This document shows positions 9,421 through 19,700 of a stretch of DNA of 64,000 nucleotides, one piece after another. Position numbers and translations under genes: made by a program. Source of the stretch: a virus; IMG/VR virus record IMGVR_UViG_3300035703_000079, positions 4,011 through 68,010 of that record, one strand, 5' to 3'. Under the pieces are notes generated by a model. The model was not told the origin of the DNA, searched no databases, and saw only the letters and a list, made by a program, of their open reading frames with translations. How positions within the stretch are numbered: position 1 is the stretch's first letter; the number at the start of each line of letters is the position of its first letter.

Positions 9421-12400
9421 ATGGCAGAGAATCCGAAGAAAAAACTCTACTCCCTTTTGTGGAACAACCCGGACAAGTCCGTTTCCGGGCCGTTCAAGAA
9501 ATATTCCTATCCACAATTCGAGCAGAAGCTCAATGACCCTACGGCAAAGGAGGAGCTTGTTACCTTCATGCTGGAGAAAAACCTTGTGGCAGACCCCGTG
9601 GAGTTTGAGGTAAAATACATGGAAGGCCCTGCCAAGCCAGCGAGAAAACCCGTTTCCTTGGCTCCGCCAAAGCAGCAGGACATTTCCAGCGTCACCGCTT
9701 CGCAAATCGCCGGAACGCCCGTTCAGGTGGAGAAGCGCCCTATTGCCCCGAATGTTCCCGAGCCTACACTCCGGCAGCAAATGGGAGAAATGTTTGGGAT
9801 TGAAACGGAACCAGCGGCGAAGGAGGAGCCAGCAATTATTAGCCCTACTTCCGCAGACCCTTCGTTTTTCCAAAAGGTACAATCGTATGCGTCTGATATT
9901 GGGAAATCCATTGAGAGAGGCTGGAAACAAGGCGAAGCAATCCAACAGACAAAACTCACAGACCTATCCACCGGGAATTACCAGAACCTTGACTTCGACG
10001 CAATGGCGAAAGCCAACGCAGAACTCCGGGCGATTGGGCAAACAGCAACCGAGCAGGACTTCCAGAAAAGCGACGGGATTTGGGATGATGTTACGGATTG
10101 GGCCAAAATGGCCCTTCCTGTTGTTGCTGAATCATTTACGGCTCTTGGTAGGTCTGGGTGGGATGAAGCGATTGCTGGAGGTGCCTTAGCCGGGCTTGCG
10201 ACTGCCGGGCGTGGTACGGGAACCGGGATTCAGGCTGGGCTTGCTGTTTCGTCCTATCAAATGGAACTCTATTCGTCCATCATGGATGAATTGGAGGAGA
10301 AGGGGATTGACACGGGAAATGCTCAGGCGTTGAAAGCGGCGTTTCAGGATAAGGCTTTAATGGGTGAGGTGCTGAAAAAAGCCAACACCCGGGCCGGAGT
10401 GATTGCCGCAACGGACCTTATGTTTGGGTCTGGGGTGGGTAAGGTACTCAAAGCGTTTGCCCCGAAAACAGCCGTTGGAAAGGCCATACAGAAGGTTGGG
10501 TCTAAGGTGCTGGATAGTGAATTGGTTGGTGGGGCCGGAGGTGAGGCAGCGGCTCAATTGATTACCGAGGGGAAAATCAACCCGCAGGACCTTGCGCTGG
10601 AAGCCATAGGCGAAACCGTAAACATTTCCGAAATTAAGCGTGCCCCTCGTGCGGCTCAAAAGGTTGTTGGTACGGTTCAGGAGATTGTGGGTGCCATGCG
10701 TAATCCCAAGGCCGTCAATACCATTGACGAAGTCCCCGTTGCGGCGCAGGAGTCGGTGGTAGAGGTCAATACGCCGGAGGGCAAGAAGTTGGTGTATGAT
10801 GATATAAACATAACTGTCACCCCCGAAGAATTTCAGGCATATCAGGCGGGCACAATCGACCCGGAAAGACAAGCCGGGCTTGCCGACGATGTGGCCAAGG
10901 GTGTAACGCCGGAGTCTGTTGCTGAGTCCGACCCGTTGTACGCCCGGATGCTGGCGGCTGAGTATGCGAAGCAAAGAGCGGCTAGAGATCAAAGGATTTC
11001 AGAAATAGAAAGTTTATTATCTAGCGACAATGCTTCTAGGGAAAAAACAGGCACAGGCAATTTAATTCCAGAAGGCAGACAAGAACTTTTAATCGAACTT
11101 CAAACACTAAGACAAGCCAATGATAATCAAAACCAACAAGGGGTATCAGGTGAAGTCCGAGAAGGGCAAGAACCTGTCCAAGGACAATCTCTCGAAGGAA
11201 CAAGCGAAACACCGATTGGCCCAAGTGGAGATGTTCAAGTCAATGAAACGGAAGTAGCTCCCGGGTACGACGAGGAGGCTGCTCTCGACCTCGACGCCGA
11301 ACTTGCGGCGTTGGAGGGCTTGGAATTGCCCGAAGAATCGCTACCATTGCCGGATGAAACTGGCCAAGAAGTGGATGCTTCAGGAGGAGAACCTGTGGCG
11401 ACTGAACCAGGAGGACCAGAAAACCAAGGCGAGGTGGTGCAGGGCGTGGAGCAAGCCTCCTCTGAAATAGGATTAACAAAAAAATCCGTTACTGAAAGAC
11501 TTGGTATAAACCACCCATTTTACCAAAAAGTTTCTGAGGCTCTTGCAAAATTAGGTCTTATTGAAAAGTACAATCCTGAAACACAAACAGGGGATGTTCT
11601 TGGCGGGTATGTTCAGAAAACGAGCACAGGAGGATTTAGTTCTGGCAAGTTTGTATTTAATAAGAATGGCGACATAACGTATTTTGACGGTGGTATTGAG
11701 GTTAAGTTTGACCAAGACGGAAATGTAATATCCGAAAATATAGCTGAAGCCAAGCAAGAAGCTGCCAAAGTTGAAATTGAAGGCAAAAAGTCTGCAATTG
11801 AGAGTCTGAAAAAAAACAGAGATTCTGAAGAGTTTAAATATAAAACGGGCATAGAAACCAATCCTTTTACTGGCGAGAAAAAGACCTTCAAAAGGTTGAA
11901 AACAGCCGAAGAATTAAAAGAAAGCACCGATAAAATCAATGCCGCTATATCAAAAGCAGAAAACGAATTAAATGACCTTCAATCGTCTCAAGCGATTTCC
12001 GAATTGGAGGGTGCTAACCCACAGCCTCAAGGCGAGGTGGTGCGCCAATTTGCTGACCGGATTAGGTCCGGAGAGCAAATGAGTGCGCCAGAGGACTTGC
12101 AATTCTACGAAAACAACAAAAAGGCGATTGAGGATGAATTAAAACAACCCATAGTTAAACAACCCGCCGTTCCCTTAACTACGGGGGAGGGGAAGGAAGG
12201 GGAGCTGGTAGAAAACAGTGAGTTGAAGGATGTGAGTTACATGGATGTCCCTGCCAAACAGGGGGGCGACCAAACTAAAGTAAAACAAATTGAGGGAAAA
12301 ATACAGTCCCTCCCGCCCGATGTTCAAATGCAACTTTACAAACAATCGGTTAAGGAGGAACATGAGTCAAGTGGCAGGGTTGAATTAAAAGAAAATAAAA

Positions 12401-13761
12401 AAGACGAATCTCTACAAACCCCTGAATTAAAAAGTATGGGGATAGTTCCATTGAATGTGAATGGGCTTGAAAATGTGTTTCGTGGGTCTTTAAATGAAAG
12501 CGTTAAATACGATAGTAATCAAGGAGTAGTAGACGCAATTAAAACTGGAACGCCAGAGAAAGGATACCATCCTTATTGGAAAGGAACAGGTGGGATTGGA
12601 ATTGGAATTGGGAAAGAAGAGCAAGGCAATTGGCCTGCATTGGGTCGGTTTTTTGGAACATCAAGTTCAACAGCAGAATCGTATCCAATGATGACGGCCT
12701 CTGACTTAGATGCTGGGGAAAAACCATTCTTGCATAAATTCTCGCTAAAAAGGACTCCTGTTATTATTTCTAAAGAGGATGCAAAAAAAATAAGCAAGTA
12801 TAAGTTTAGAACAATTGAGGAGTTAAATCAAACAACTCAAAAGTTTAAAGACCTTGGGATAGATGGGGTTTATGATAATCACGAACTTTTCTTGTTCAAC
12901 CCTTCCGATATTCTGAAAACAGAAAAGACGAGAGGTTCGGCTAGAAGTATAGATAAGAGTGTTTATATTCCCGCAAATCACATTGCCGAAACTTATGCAG
13001 CAGCAAAAAGAAATGGAACAAATCCAGAACTTGTAAAAACCATTGATAGTTTATTTGCCAATGCAGCACCCGCCGTTCCCTTAACTACGGGGGAGGGGAA
13101 GGAAGGGCAATCCCCCATCCAATCCTTCGACGCCGCCCAATCCCTGAAAGGGGAGGAAGGGAGAAACGCCCGGAAGGCGTGGGACGTAGCTAGGTATAAG
13201 GCCGAGATTCAAAAACTTCAAGCAGAAAACTTGGACAAAAACACTCCTTTGATTAACCAATTGATAACCGAGCTTGGCGAATTGGTCATGGAGTCATTAA
13301 AAGGATTTCAGCCACCAGCCCAAAAGCGTCAAAAGGTCAAGAAACAAACGGATTTAGAAAAGGCCATCTTTGAATACGAAGAAGGTTCGGATACGTTTGG
13401 AGATTTGGTTAATAAAGTCGAAGGAATCGCTTTTGAAACAGAAAGCAAAACTCTTCAAGATGCGGTCGATGCATACCGTGCTGCGGAGCAAGAAGACTTC
13501 AAACTTTCTGGCAGAGGCGACATGGATGCCGCGCAGTCGCAATTCTTGGAAAAAATTCAGTCGTCCCCTAAAAAATCAATTGTCTCCGAGTTCGATTCAG
13601 CGCAGGCATTAAAAGGCGAAGAAGGGAGAAACGCCCGGAAGGCCCTGAAGGAATCCATGGGTAAAGAGCAATACAAGGACTTGGAAGCCATTACCAACAA
13701 GTTTCCTCAGATTGCTAAAGATTTGGAATCCCGTGGGGCTTGGAAGATTGATTGTCCGTAG
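9421..13761 (+). CDS. Giant putative ejection/polyvalent virion protein with internal repeat-bounded modules
   Basis: 1446 aa; Gly/Ala-rich hydrophobic segment, acidic linkers, duplicated QGEVV, PAVPLTTGEGKEG and LKGEEGRNARKA; ends KIDCP. Confidence 0.7.
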   Translation: MAENPKKKLYSLLWNNPDKSVSGPFKKYSYPQFEQKLNDPTAKEELVTFMLEKNLVADPVEFEVKYMEGPAKPARKPVSLAPPKQQDISSVTASQIAGTPVQVEKRPIAPNVPEPTLRQQMGEMFGIETEPAAKEEPAIISPTSADPSFFQKVQSYASDIGKSIERGWKQGEAIQQTKLTDLSTGNYQNLDFDAMAKANAELRAIGQTATEQDFQKSDGIWDDVTDWAKMALPVVAESFTALGRSGWDEAIAGGALAGLATAGRGTGTGIQAGLAVSSYQMELYSSIMDELEEKGIDTGNAQALKAAFQDKALMGEVLKKANTRAGVIAATDLMFGSGVGKVLKAFAPKTAVGKAIQKVGSKVLDSELVGGAGGEAAAQLITEGKINPQDLALEAIGETVNISEIKRAPRAAQKVVGTVQEIVGAMRNPKAVNTIDEVPVAAQESVVEVNTPEGKKLVYDDINITVTPEEFQAYQAGTIDPERQAGLADDVAKGVTPESVAESDPLYARMLAAEYAKQRAARDQRISEIESLLSSDNASREKTGTGNLIPEGRQELLIELQTLRQANDNQNQQGVSGEVREGQEPVQGQSLEGTSETPIGPSGDVQVNETEVAPGYDEEAALDLDAELAALEGLELPEESLPLPDETGQEVDASGGEPVATEPGGPENQGEVVQGVEQASSEIGLTKKSVTERLGINHPFYQKVSEALAKLGLIEKYNPETQTGDVLGGYVQKTSTGGFSSGKFVFNKNGDITYFDGGIEVKFDQDGNVISENIAEAKQEAAKVEIEGKKSAIESLKKNRDSEEFKYKTGIETNPFTGEKKTFKRLKTAEELKESTDKINAAISKAENELNDLQSSQAISELEGANPQPQGEVVRQFADRIRSGEQMSAPEDLQFYENNKKAIEDELKQPIVKQPAVPLTTGEGKEGELVENSELKDVSYMDVPAKQGGDQTKVKQIEGKIQSLPPDVQMQLYKQSVKEEHESSGRVELKENKKDESLQTPELKSMGIVPLNVNGLENVFRGSLNESVKYDSNQGVVDAIKTGTPEKGYHPYWKGTGGIGIGIGKEEQGNWPALGRFFGTSSSTAESYPMMTASDLDAGEKPFLHKFSLKRTPVIISKEDAKKISKYKFRTIEELNQTTQKFKDLGIDGVYDNHELFLFNPSDILKTEKTRGSARSIDKSVYIPANHIAETYAAAKRNGTNPELVKTIDSLFANAAPAVPLTTGEGKEGQSPIQSFDAAQSLKGEEGRNARKAWDVARYKAEIQKLQAENLDKNTPLINQLITELGELVMESLKGFQPPAQKRQKVKKQTDLEKAIFEYEEGSDTFGDLVNKVEGIAFETESKTLQDAVDAYRAAEQEDFKLSGRGDMDAAQSQFLEKIQSSPKKSIVSEFDSAQALKGEEGRNARKALKESMGKEQYKDLEAITNKFPQIAKDLESRGAWKIDCP
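11425..12043 (+). repeat. 16-bp direct repeat CAAGGCGAGGTGGTGC at 11425-11440 and 12028-12043
   Basis: Exact copies 603 bp (201 codons) apart. Confidence 0.9.
12162..13107 (+). repeat. 40-bp direct repeat ACCCGCCGTTCCCTTAACTACGGGGGAGGGGAAGGAAGGG at 12162-12201 and 13068-13107
   Basis: Exact copies 906 bp (302 codons) apart. Confidence 0.95.
13156..13643 (+). repeat. 23-bp direct repeat GAAGGGAGAAACGCCCGGAAGGC at 13156-13178 and 13621-13643
   Basis: Exact copies 465 bp (155 codons) apart. Confidence 0.9.
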
Positions 13762-14536
13762 TTATCGAGCAAAACATGGGATTGGTGGATTAAATTCAGC
13801 CAAAAGTTCTGTCTTTGGTAGAATTGCGTATTCTTTAATTTATGCAGCTATCCATTGACTACCCCGTTAAACTTGCCGACCCCTCAAAGATAAAGGTGTT
13901 GATTGCCTGCGAAGAAAGTCAAGCAAGCACAATTGAATTTCGAAAGCGTGGATTTGATGCGTATAGCTGCGACATTCAAGATTGCAGCGGGGAACACCCC
14001 GAGTGGCATATAAAAGGCGACGCAATTGAACAGGCTTATAGTGGCAAATACGATTTAATGATTGCCCATCCGCCATGCACATATTTGACTAATTCAGGCG
14101 TTCGTTGGCTGAATATCGTAGATGGCCGCATTACAAATAAAGAGTGATTGCAAGAGATGTTATGGGCGTCGCAATTCTTTAAAAGTCTTTTGGAGGCACC
14201 AATCAATTTGATTGGAGTGGAAAATCCGATTCCTCACAAATATGCCGCCCTCCCGGATTATGACCAACTAATTCAGCCGTACCATTTTGGACATCCAGAA
14301 AGCAAGGCAACTTGTTTTTGGCTTAAAGGTCTCCCGAAATTGCGACACACAAACGATGTGAAACAAGAATGGGAATCTTTGCCGATAAGTGAGTCTCAAA
14401 AGATTTTTTACATGAGCCCTGGTCCCGAAAGAACCAAGTTGAGATCAAAGACATACAAAGGGATTGCCGAAGCAATAGCGGATCAATGGGGGTGCCGGGC
14501 TATGGAATATTATGGGCACAGGAAGATTGATTGTCC
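13742..14536 (+). repeat. 16-bp direct repeat GGAAGATTGATTGTCC at 13742-13757 and 14521-14536, flanking the methyltransferase
   Basis: Exact copies; both encode a C-terminal KIDCP. Confidence 0.9.
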
Positions 14537-14540
14537 ATGA
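13842..14540 (+). pseudogene. Phage DNA (cytosine-5) methyltransferase interrupted by one in-frame TGA (14145-14147)
   Basis: VLIACEES, AYSCD, IAHPPCTYL (catalytic PC), VENP, QPYHFGH and RSKTY...QWG motifs split over two abutting same-frame ORFs. Confidence 0.8.
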
Positions 14541-14673
14541 CCACCCATAAACGCATCCCCCGGCGGCTCAAGAATCCACGGTTAAGCTGGCTGATTTGCT
14601 GGTTCGTCGGGAGGAATAGTTGGAACATCGAGAAAATTAGCCCTTCCGGGTCCGGGAGGGTTTTTTTGTATCC

Positions 14674-14886
14674 ATGAGAGAACACATCATCGGCCCACTA
14701 ACCCCGGACCAAAAGTCCGAACTGCGGGGGCTATTAACCCGGCTGGGGGAGTCCGTGGAGGAGTCCTACAATTGGTCGCACACGAGCCTTACAACGGTGC
14801 GCTGGAGTAACGCTGACAAGCAATGGATGGCAAGCCGTTACGAACCGAATATTACGTTTGAAGAGTTTAAAGCATTAAATCCATGA
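14674..14886 (+). CDS. Small hypothetical protein (paralog of 50981..51226)
   Basis: ATG at the box+47 position; ATGA-coupled to the next gene. Confidence 0.6.
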   Translation: MREHIIGPLTPDQKSELRGLLTRLGESVEESYNWSHTSLTTVRWSNADKQWMASRYEPNITFEEFKALNP

Positions 14887-15353
14887 CCCTCCCCCAAATC
14901 TACGAAACACGCCCGGACGGAATGGAATGGCTGGCGTATAACGAGAAGCATCGCTTGTACCACCACCCGCAGCAAGAGACGTTTGGGTTCCTATACCGCC
15001 CGGGCCCAAACGAAAAATACGGGCCCGATAATCATTGGGAAATGGACAAAGACGAGCGGAATCATGATGGCTGGGAATGGCAGGAGGTAAGGCCGGAAAT
15101 CAGGGAAATGGATAGTGAAAGAATAACGTCAAAAGGCCATTTTTACATCAACTGCTGGATTCTCTGCCGGGATGTCTATCTCGAAATCTTCCCGGACGGT
15201 CACATGGATTTTCGGGAGGAGTTGCATGAAACCCACTACACCCCGAAAGAGAAAGCGCAAATCCTTGAGATTGTCAAGGAACACTACCGGAAGGAAAAGG
15301 AGAAGGCCGAGCAGCGGATCAATGATTGTGTGAAATTTATCAGTTTTTTATGA
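14883..15353 (+). CDS. Hypothetical protein
   Basis: 156-aa ORF with ATGA overlaps on both sides. Confidence 0.6.
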   Translation: MTLPQIYETRPDGMEWLAYNEKHRLYHHPQQETFGFLYRPGPNEKYGPDNHWEMDKDERNHDGWEWQEVRPEIREMDSERITSKGHFYINCWILCRDVYLEIFPDGHMDFREELHETHYTPKEKAQILEIVKEHYRKEKEKAEQRINDCVKFISFL

Positions 15354-15532
15354 CAGCAAAATTCAAAATAGGCGACAAGGTTTGTAAGCCGAAGGGGTAC
15401 GGGTTCGATGGAATCATTGTGTCCGTGTTCCAGAACACGAAAGGGGAGGTTCGCTACGTGGCGGAACTCGAAGGGAACGGGATGCTCCATATCTTTTCCG
15501 AGGGGCAGTTGGAGGTGCGGGACCCAAAATAA
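15350..15532 (+). CDS. Small SH3/KOW-like hypothetical protein
   Basis: KFKIGDKV...RYVAE...LHIFSEGQLE pattern common in small phage proteins. Confidence 0.55.
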   Translation: MTAKFKIGDKVCKPKGYGFDGIIVSVFQNTKGEVRYVAELEGNGMLHIFSEGQLEVRDPK

Positions 15533-15591
15533 TAATATAGGGGATTCCCTATATCCTACTTGTCACGTATGACGACTAAGTTTCAGCCGGG

Positions 15592-16254
15592 TTACTTCAC
15601 CCCGGCTGAATACAATTCCGAAAACATTTGAAGATTTCGGTGTCTTTCAATCTTTGACACGCCTTGATTTATCATTTTGATGTTGGCTAACTGAAGCTGA
15701 TTCATTAGGCTCAACTCTTCGGCTGTTGCTTCGTTGCGCTGATTGGCTTCAGCCCGGCCAAAAACTAACTTGTTCAGAAATTGCGCTTCCTTAACAAATA
15801 CCAACGGGTCTGGCGCGGTGCTGTAAAAATCCTTGTACTTTAAAGCAATCGCTTCGCACATTTCTTTGTAATAGTCGCCCGCTTGGTTTCGGTATTCAAT
15901 CAAATTGTCGTACACCCATTTGATGATTCGCACCTCCAATTCCGGCGATAACCACATGGCAAACTTGACAAACAGATACGGGTGCATCCACGTTGCGCCC
16001 CCTTTCCCACGGGTTGTTTCGTAGGTTTTTAAATGTAGGGGAATCCCTACATTATGAGTAACTAACTCATTTTCAAGGGCCTCTATAAATTCTGCGGTGT
16101 TTTTGTTCGACCAGAACTCCGCCAAGACTTTTTGCTTCCCGGACACAGAGTTGTAATGCTTGAGTAGTTCGGTGGCATTAAAGAAACTGTCTTTTGTGCG
16201 TTGCGAAACTTCGGCGTTGTCGAACTGTCGCTTCATTATTTGATTCGTTTTCAT
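15592..16254 (-). CDS. KilA-N domain DNA-binding protein
   Basis: MKTNQIMKR, QRTKDSFFNATELL, GKGGATWMHPYLFVKFAMWLSP; TATATTTG promoter upstream. Confidence 0.9.
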   Translation of the reverse strand: MKTNQIMKRQFDNAEVSQRTKDSFFNATELLKHYNSVSGKQKVLAEFWSNKNTAEFIEALENELVTHNVGIPLHLKTYETTRGKGGATWMHPYLFVKFAMWLSPELEVRIIKWVYDNLIEYRNQAGDYYKEMCEAIALKYKDFYSTAPDPLVFVKEAQFLNKLVFGRAEANQRNEATAEELSLMNQLQLANIKMINQGVSKIERHRNLQMFSELYSAGVK

Positions 16255-16330
16255 AATGTATGGATTTGGCTGCAAATATAGGGAAGAAAGCATATAGTTA
16301 GATAAAAATTGTTTGTGGTATTTTAGCCCC

Positions 16331-16798
16331 ATGAAAAAGGAACTCCTCACCACATCGCAGCTTGACTTCCTGAACGACCGGGGGAAAGACGAAATCTATG
16401 CCTCCCACGTTTACCGTTATGCCTCCCGCTGTATGGAAAAGCAGGGCTTATTCGGGTTTCAAGCCTTGTTTATGGATGAATCCAAAACCGAGTTGAAACA
16501 CCGGGGTAAGCTGGAGGACTTCGCTAACAACATGGGATGTGAGCTGGATATGCCAGCGATTCCCGCCGTGGAGTTCAAGGACGAAACACCCGAAGGGATT
16601 CTTGCCTATGTGTTCAACATGGAAAAGAAGTTGCTGGAGGCATACGAGGAGGGATGCGAAATGGACGCCCGGCTCAAGCCCCTGATTCTGGAAATGATTG
16701 CGATTCAGGTGGAAGGTGTCGGGGAGATTGGCGACCTGATTGCCGCCGTGGAATCCAAAGGAGTTGCATTGGTTGATACCGATTTGTTGAAGAAATAA
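16331..16798 (+). CDS. Ferritin-like protein
   Basis: EIYASHVY, GLFGFQALF..ES..E..H..KL, and E...Q..E di-iron ligand pattern. Confidence 0.75.
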   Translation: MKKELLTTSQLDFLNDRGKDEIYASHVYRYASRCMEKQGLFGFQALFMDESKTELKHRGKLEDFANNMGCELDMPAIPAVEFKDETPEGILAYVFNMEKKLLEAYEEGCEMDARLKPLILEMIAIQVEGVGEIGDLIAAVESKGVALVDTDLLKK

Positions 16799-19700
16799 TG
16801 AGCCTTACCCCCTGCAATTTTATTCTACCGGACCGGACGCTTACATTCGACGAAGCCCGGCAATACCTGCTGGATAATCCGGGGGTTTGGAAGAAATCCA
16901 CGGCGAAAGAATCTGGACCGCTCTCGAGCGTCGAGGCTACGGCTAAGGCGTTGGAGGCATTGAGGCTATACAACCAAGACGAATTTGTAAGAGATTTTGC
17001 AAGCATAGACTTACCGTTTAAGCAGCAAAACATACAAGCAGGGGTGGATGACGCTACTCAAAAGCAGCTATTCCCTAATGAAAAAACAAGAAGAAAGTAT
17101 CAGGAAAACATATACAGAGCAGTAGTTCGTTCGTCGGTATTCCCCGGTATTTTATCCGAAGCCTACCACGCCGCCAAGAAAGACGGGTCCAACCCGGAAT
17201 TAGTCAAGGCGGTCGAGGAGTTGTTGGGCGGGAAGAAATCCACCATCGACTCCCTGATTGACCAAGCGGATCAACTCATAGCCGAAAACAAAAGGAAGCG
17301 GGGCGGGGCTGGGAGCGGGTTACAATCCATCGTATCTCCCGGCGCAGCCTACGATGCCCTATTGGGTGCTTACAAGGCCGTGCTACTCGCCGCCAAAGCC
17401 GCCGGGAAAGTCCTGACCCGGGCGCAGGCGATGTTGGAAGCCCGGAAGAAAATCGAGGGGAAGTTTGACGCCAAGGACATTGCTGCCGCCGAAGCGGCGT
17501 TGAACGAAAGGCTATCTGGGCAACCGCCAAAAGCCCCGGAGGCAAAACCGGAAACGCCAAAGCCTGCCGCTGAGTCCGGCGAAAAGAAGAAAACCTTGTT
17601 CGAAAGGGCTGCCCGTGGAGAAGCTGGAAAGGACGCCCCTCTCATGGAGAAACTCGACGAAATCGGGCGTACCCGGCTTTCCAAGCCATTTGCGGAAGTA
17701 ATTCGGGAAGTGAAGGCAGCGACAAAAGGAGTGTCTGACGAAAAAGTGCTGGAAAGGGCCCGGGATAAAACCGTGGAACAAGAGGTTCGTGTGGCCCTCT
17801 ATGGCGAATTGCTGGAGCGTAATAAGAACACGCCCTTCACGCAAGAAACGCAGCAGGAAATAGCCGAAAGACAAGCGTTATATATGAACGAACTTTCGGC
17901 CCTGCAAACAGCTTCCGGACGTGCCGGGGCTATCTCCCAATTGATTTACGAGAACCTCGAGGGCTACTTTAATTTCTCCAAGCAGCTTGTGGAGTTCCTT
18001 GGGAAAAACACCGGGATTGACGAAGGGGAAGTGAAGCGCCTGAAAGACCTTGTTGCCCGGCTGGAAAAGGCCAATGCAACCCTCAAGGAAAAGCAGGAGG
18101 CAAACGAAAAAGCCCGGATGCAGGAGGAGGAAGATTCGGCTGTCGAAAGGATAAGCGACGGAATGAAACGGGAAAAGCCCGTCACCAAATCTGTTCTCAA
18201 GGAAAAAGCCAAAGAACTTCGCAAGAAACAATTCAGCCGTCCGGGGTATTTCTCCGCTGCTACGCCAGCGACACTTGCGTTTGATGCAGCCGTCGAAGGA
18301 ATGGCCCTTGCGCTTGAAGCCGGGGGCGAAGTGGAGATAGCCATAAAGAAAGGCATTGAAGCTCTGAAGAAAACCGATTGGTACAAGGGGCATAACAATA
18401 AGGACAAGGCGGAAAAGGAATTTGAGAAATGGGCCCTTGGAGAACTCCTTCCAAAAGCGGAAGTGGACGAAAATGGCAAAGTGAAAGTTCCTTCGGCCCT
18501 GATTCGTTATTACGTTGGAAAGGGCGAAAAGGACATTGATGTCATTGCCGGGGAAATCAAGGAGGACTTGGCGAAGGAAGGGCATGAATTGTCCATCCGG
18601 GAAATCCGGGATGCCATTACGGGATATGCCCGGGAAATCAACCCTCGCAAGAATGAGCTTGAGGAGCAGATAAATACGCTCAAGCGGATTGGGCGCAAAT
18701 TGTCCAATCTGGAGGATATTCGTCGCAACATTCAAAAAGCGAAAAGCCCTAAGCTCAAGAAAGAACTTTCGGACCGGGAGAAGATATTGGACGAGCAAAT
18801 TGAAACGGAGTTTTTCAATATGTTTGGGTATAAGCCCCGCCAAATGTCCGACGTGGAGCGATTGAAGGCGTTTAAGGAGCGTTCCCAGAAAGCCACAAAG
18901 GACCTCGAACGTCGTTTGCGGGAAGGGGACTTCGACAAGAAACCCCGGAGAGCAGCCGTGGAATTGGACGAAGAAGCCCGGAGGTTGGCCAACGAACGCT
19001 ATGTGCTTCAGGAGGAATTCGACCGGGAACTCGAAAAGGCTTTTCGCAATACCGACGAAGGCCGGGTGGATACAGCAATACAATTGCTGCTTTCCAGCCT
19101 TTCAATCAAGCGGGCCTTCCAAACCGGGGTTGACTTAGGCGTTGTCTTTGTTCAGGGGGCCATGCTCCCGTTCTACGGCAAGGGAATGTTCTCGAAGGGC
19201 ATAAGAGGCGCTGTGTCCTCCGCTAAAAGCGAAGAAGCGTTTCTTGCCATTGCAAGGGAAATGAAAAGCAACCCCTTGTACTACCTGATTAAGAAATCCG
19301 GACTTGACCTCGCCCTTCCTCATGCAAAATCCACGGCAACGGAGGAATTCCTCCAGAACCGGGCGATGGAAGCAATGTGGGACGTAATTGCCGAAGGTGT
19401 GGGAGCCGCTTCGCCAAAAACCGGAAACTTCCTCAAGAAAGCCAATCCAATTGCGTTTTTCAACCGGACGCAGCTTGGCTATTTGAACACAATGAAAATG
19501 GCGATATTCCTTGACGGGGCGCAAAAGCTCATAGATCAGGGAATCACCTATGAAAACACGCCACAAGCGTACAAGGATCTTGCGGACATGATTAACACCT
19601 TGTCCGGGAGAACGTCGCTCAAAGGGGCTGAATCGAGCAAATTCGTTATGGCCGGGCTGAACGCCTTGTTCTATTCAGCGAGAAACCTTGCGTCTGTATT

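Noticed and set aside
14145-14147. Genome-wide TGA or TAG recoding as in some crAss-like phages
   Set aside because: Long genes are intact under code 11, and TGA and TAG end many genes, often in ATGA overlaps.
17878-19083. Long antisense ORFs (also 7934..8935, 4679..5587, 26279..27124)
   Set aside because: These are shadows of real genes on the opposite strand.
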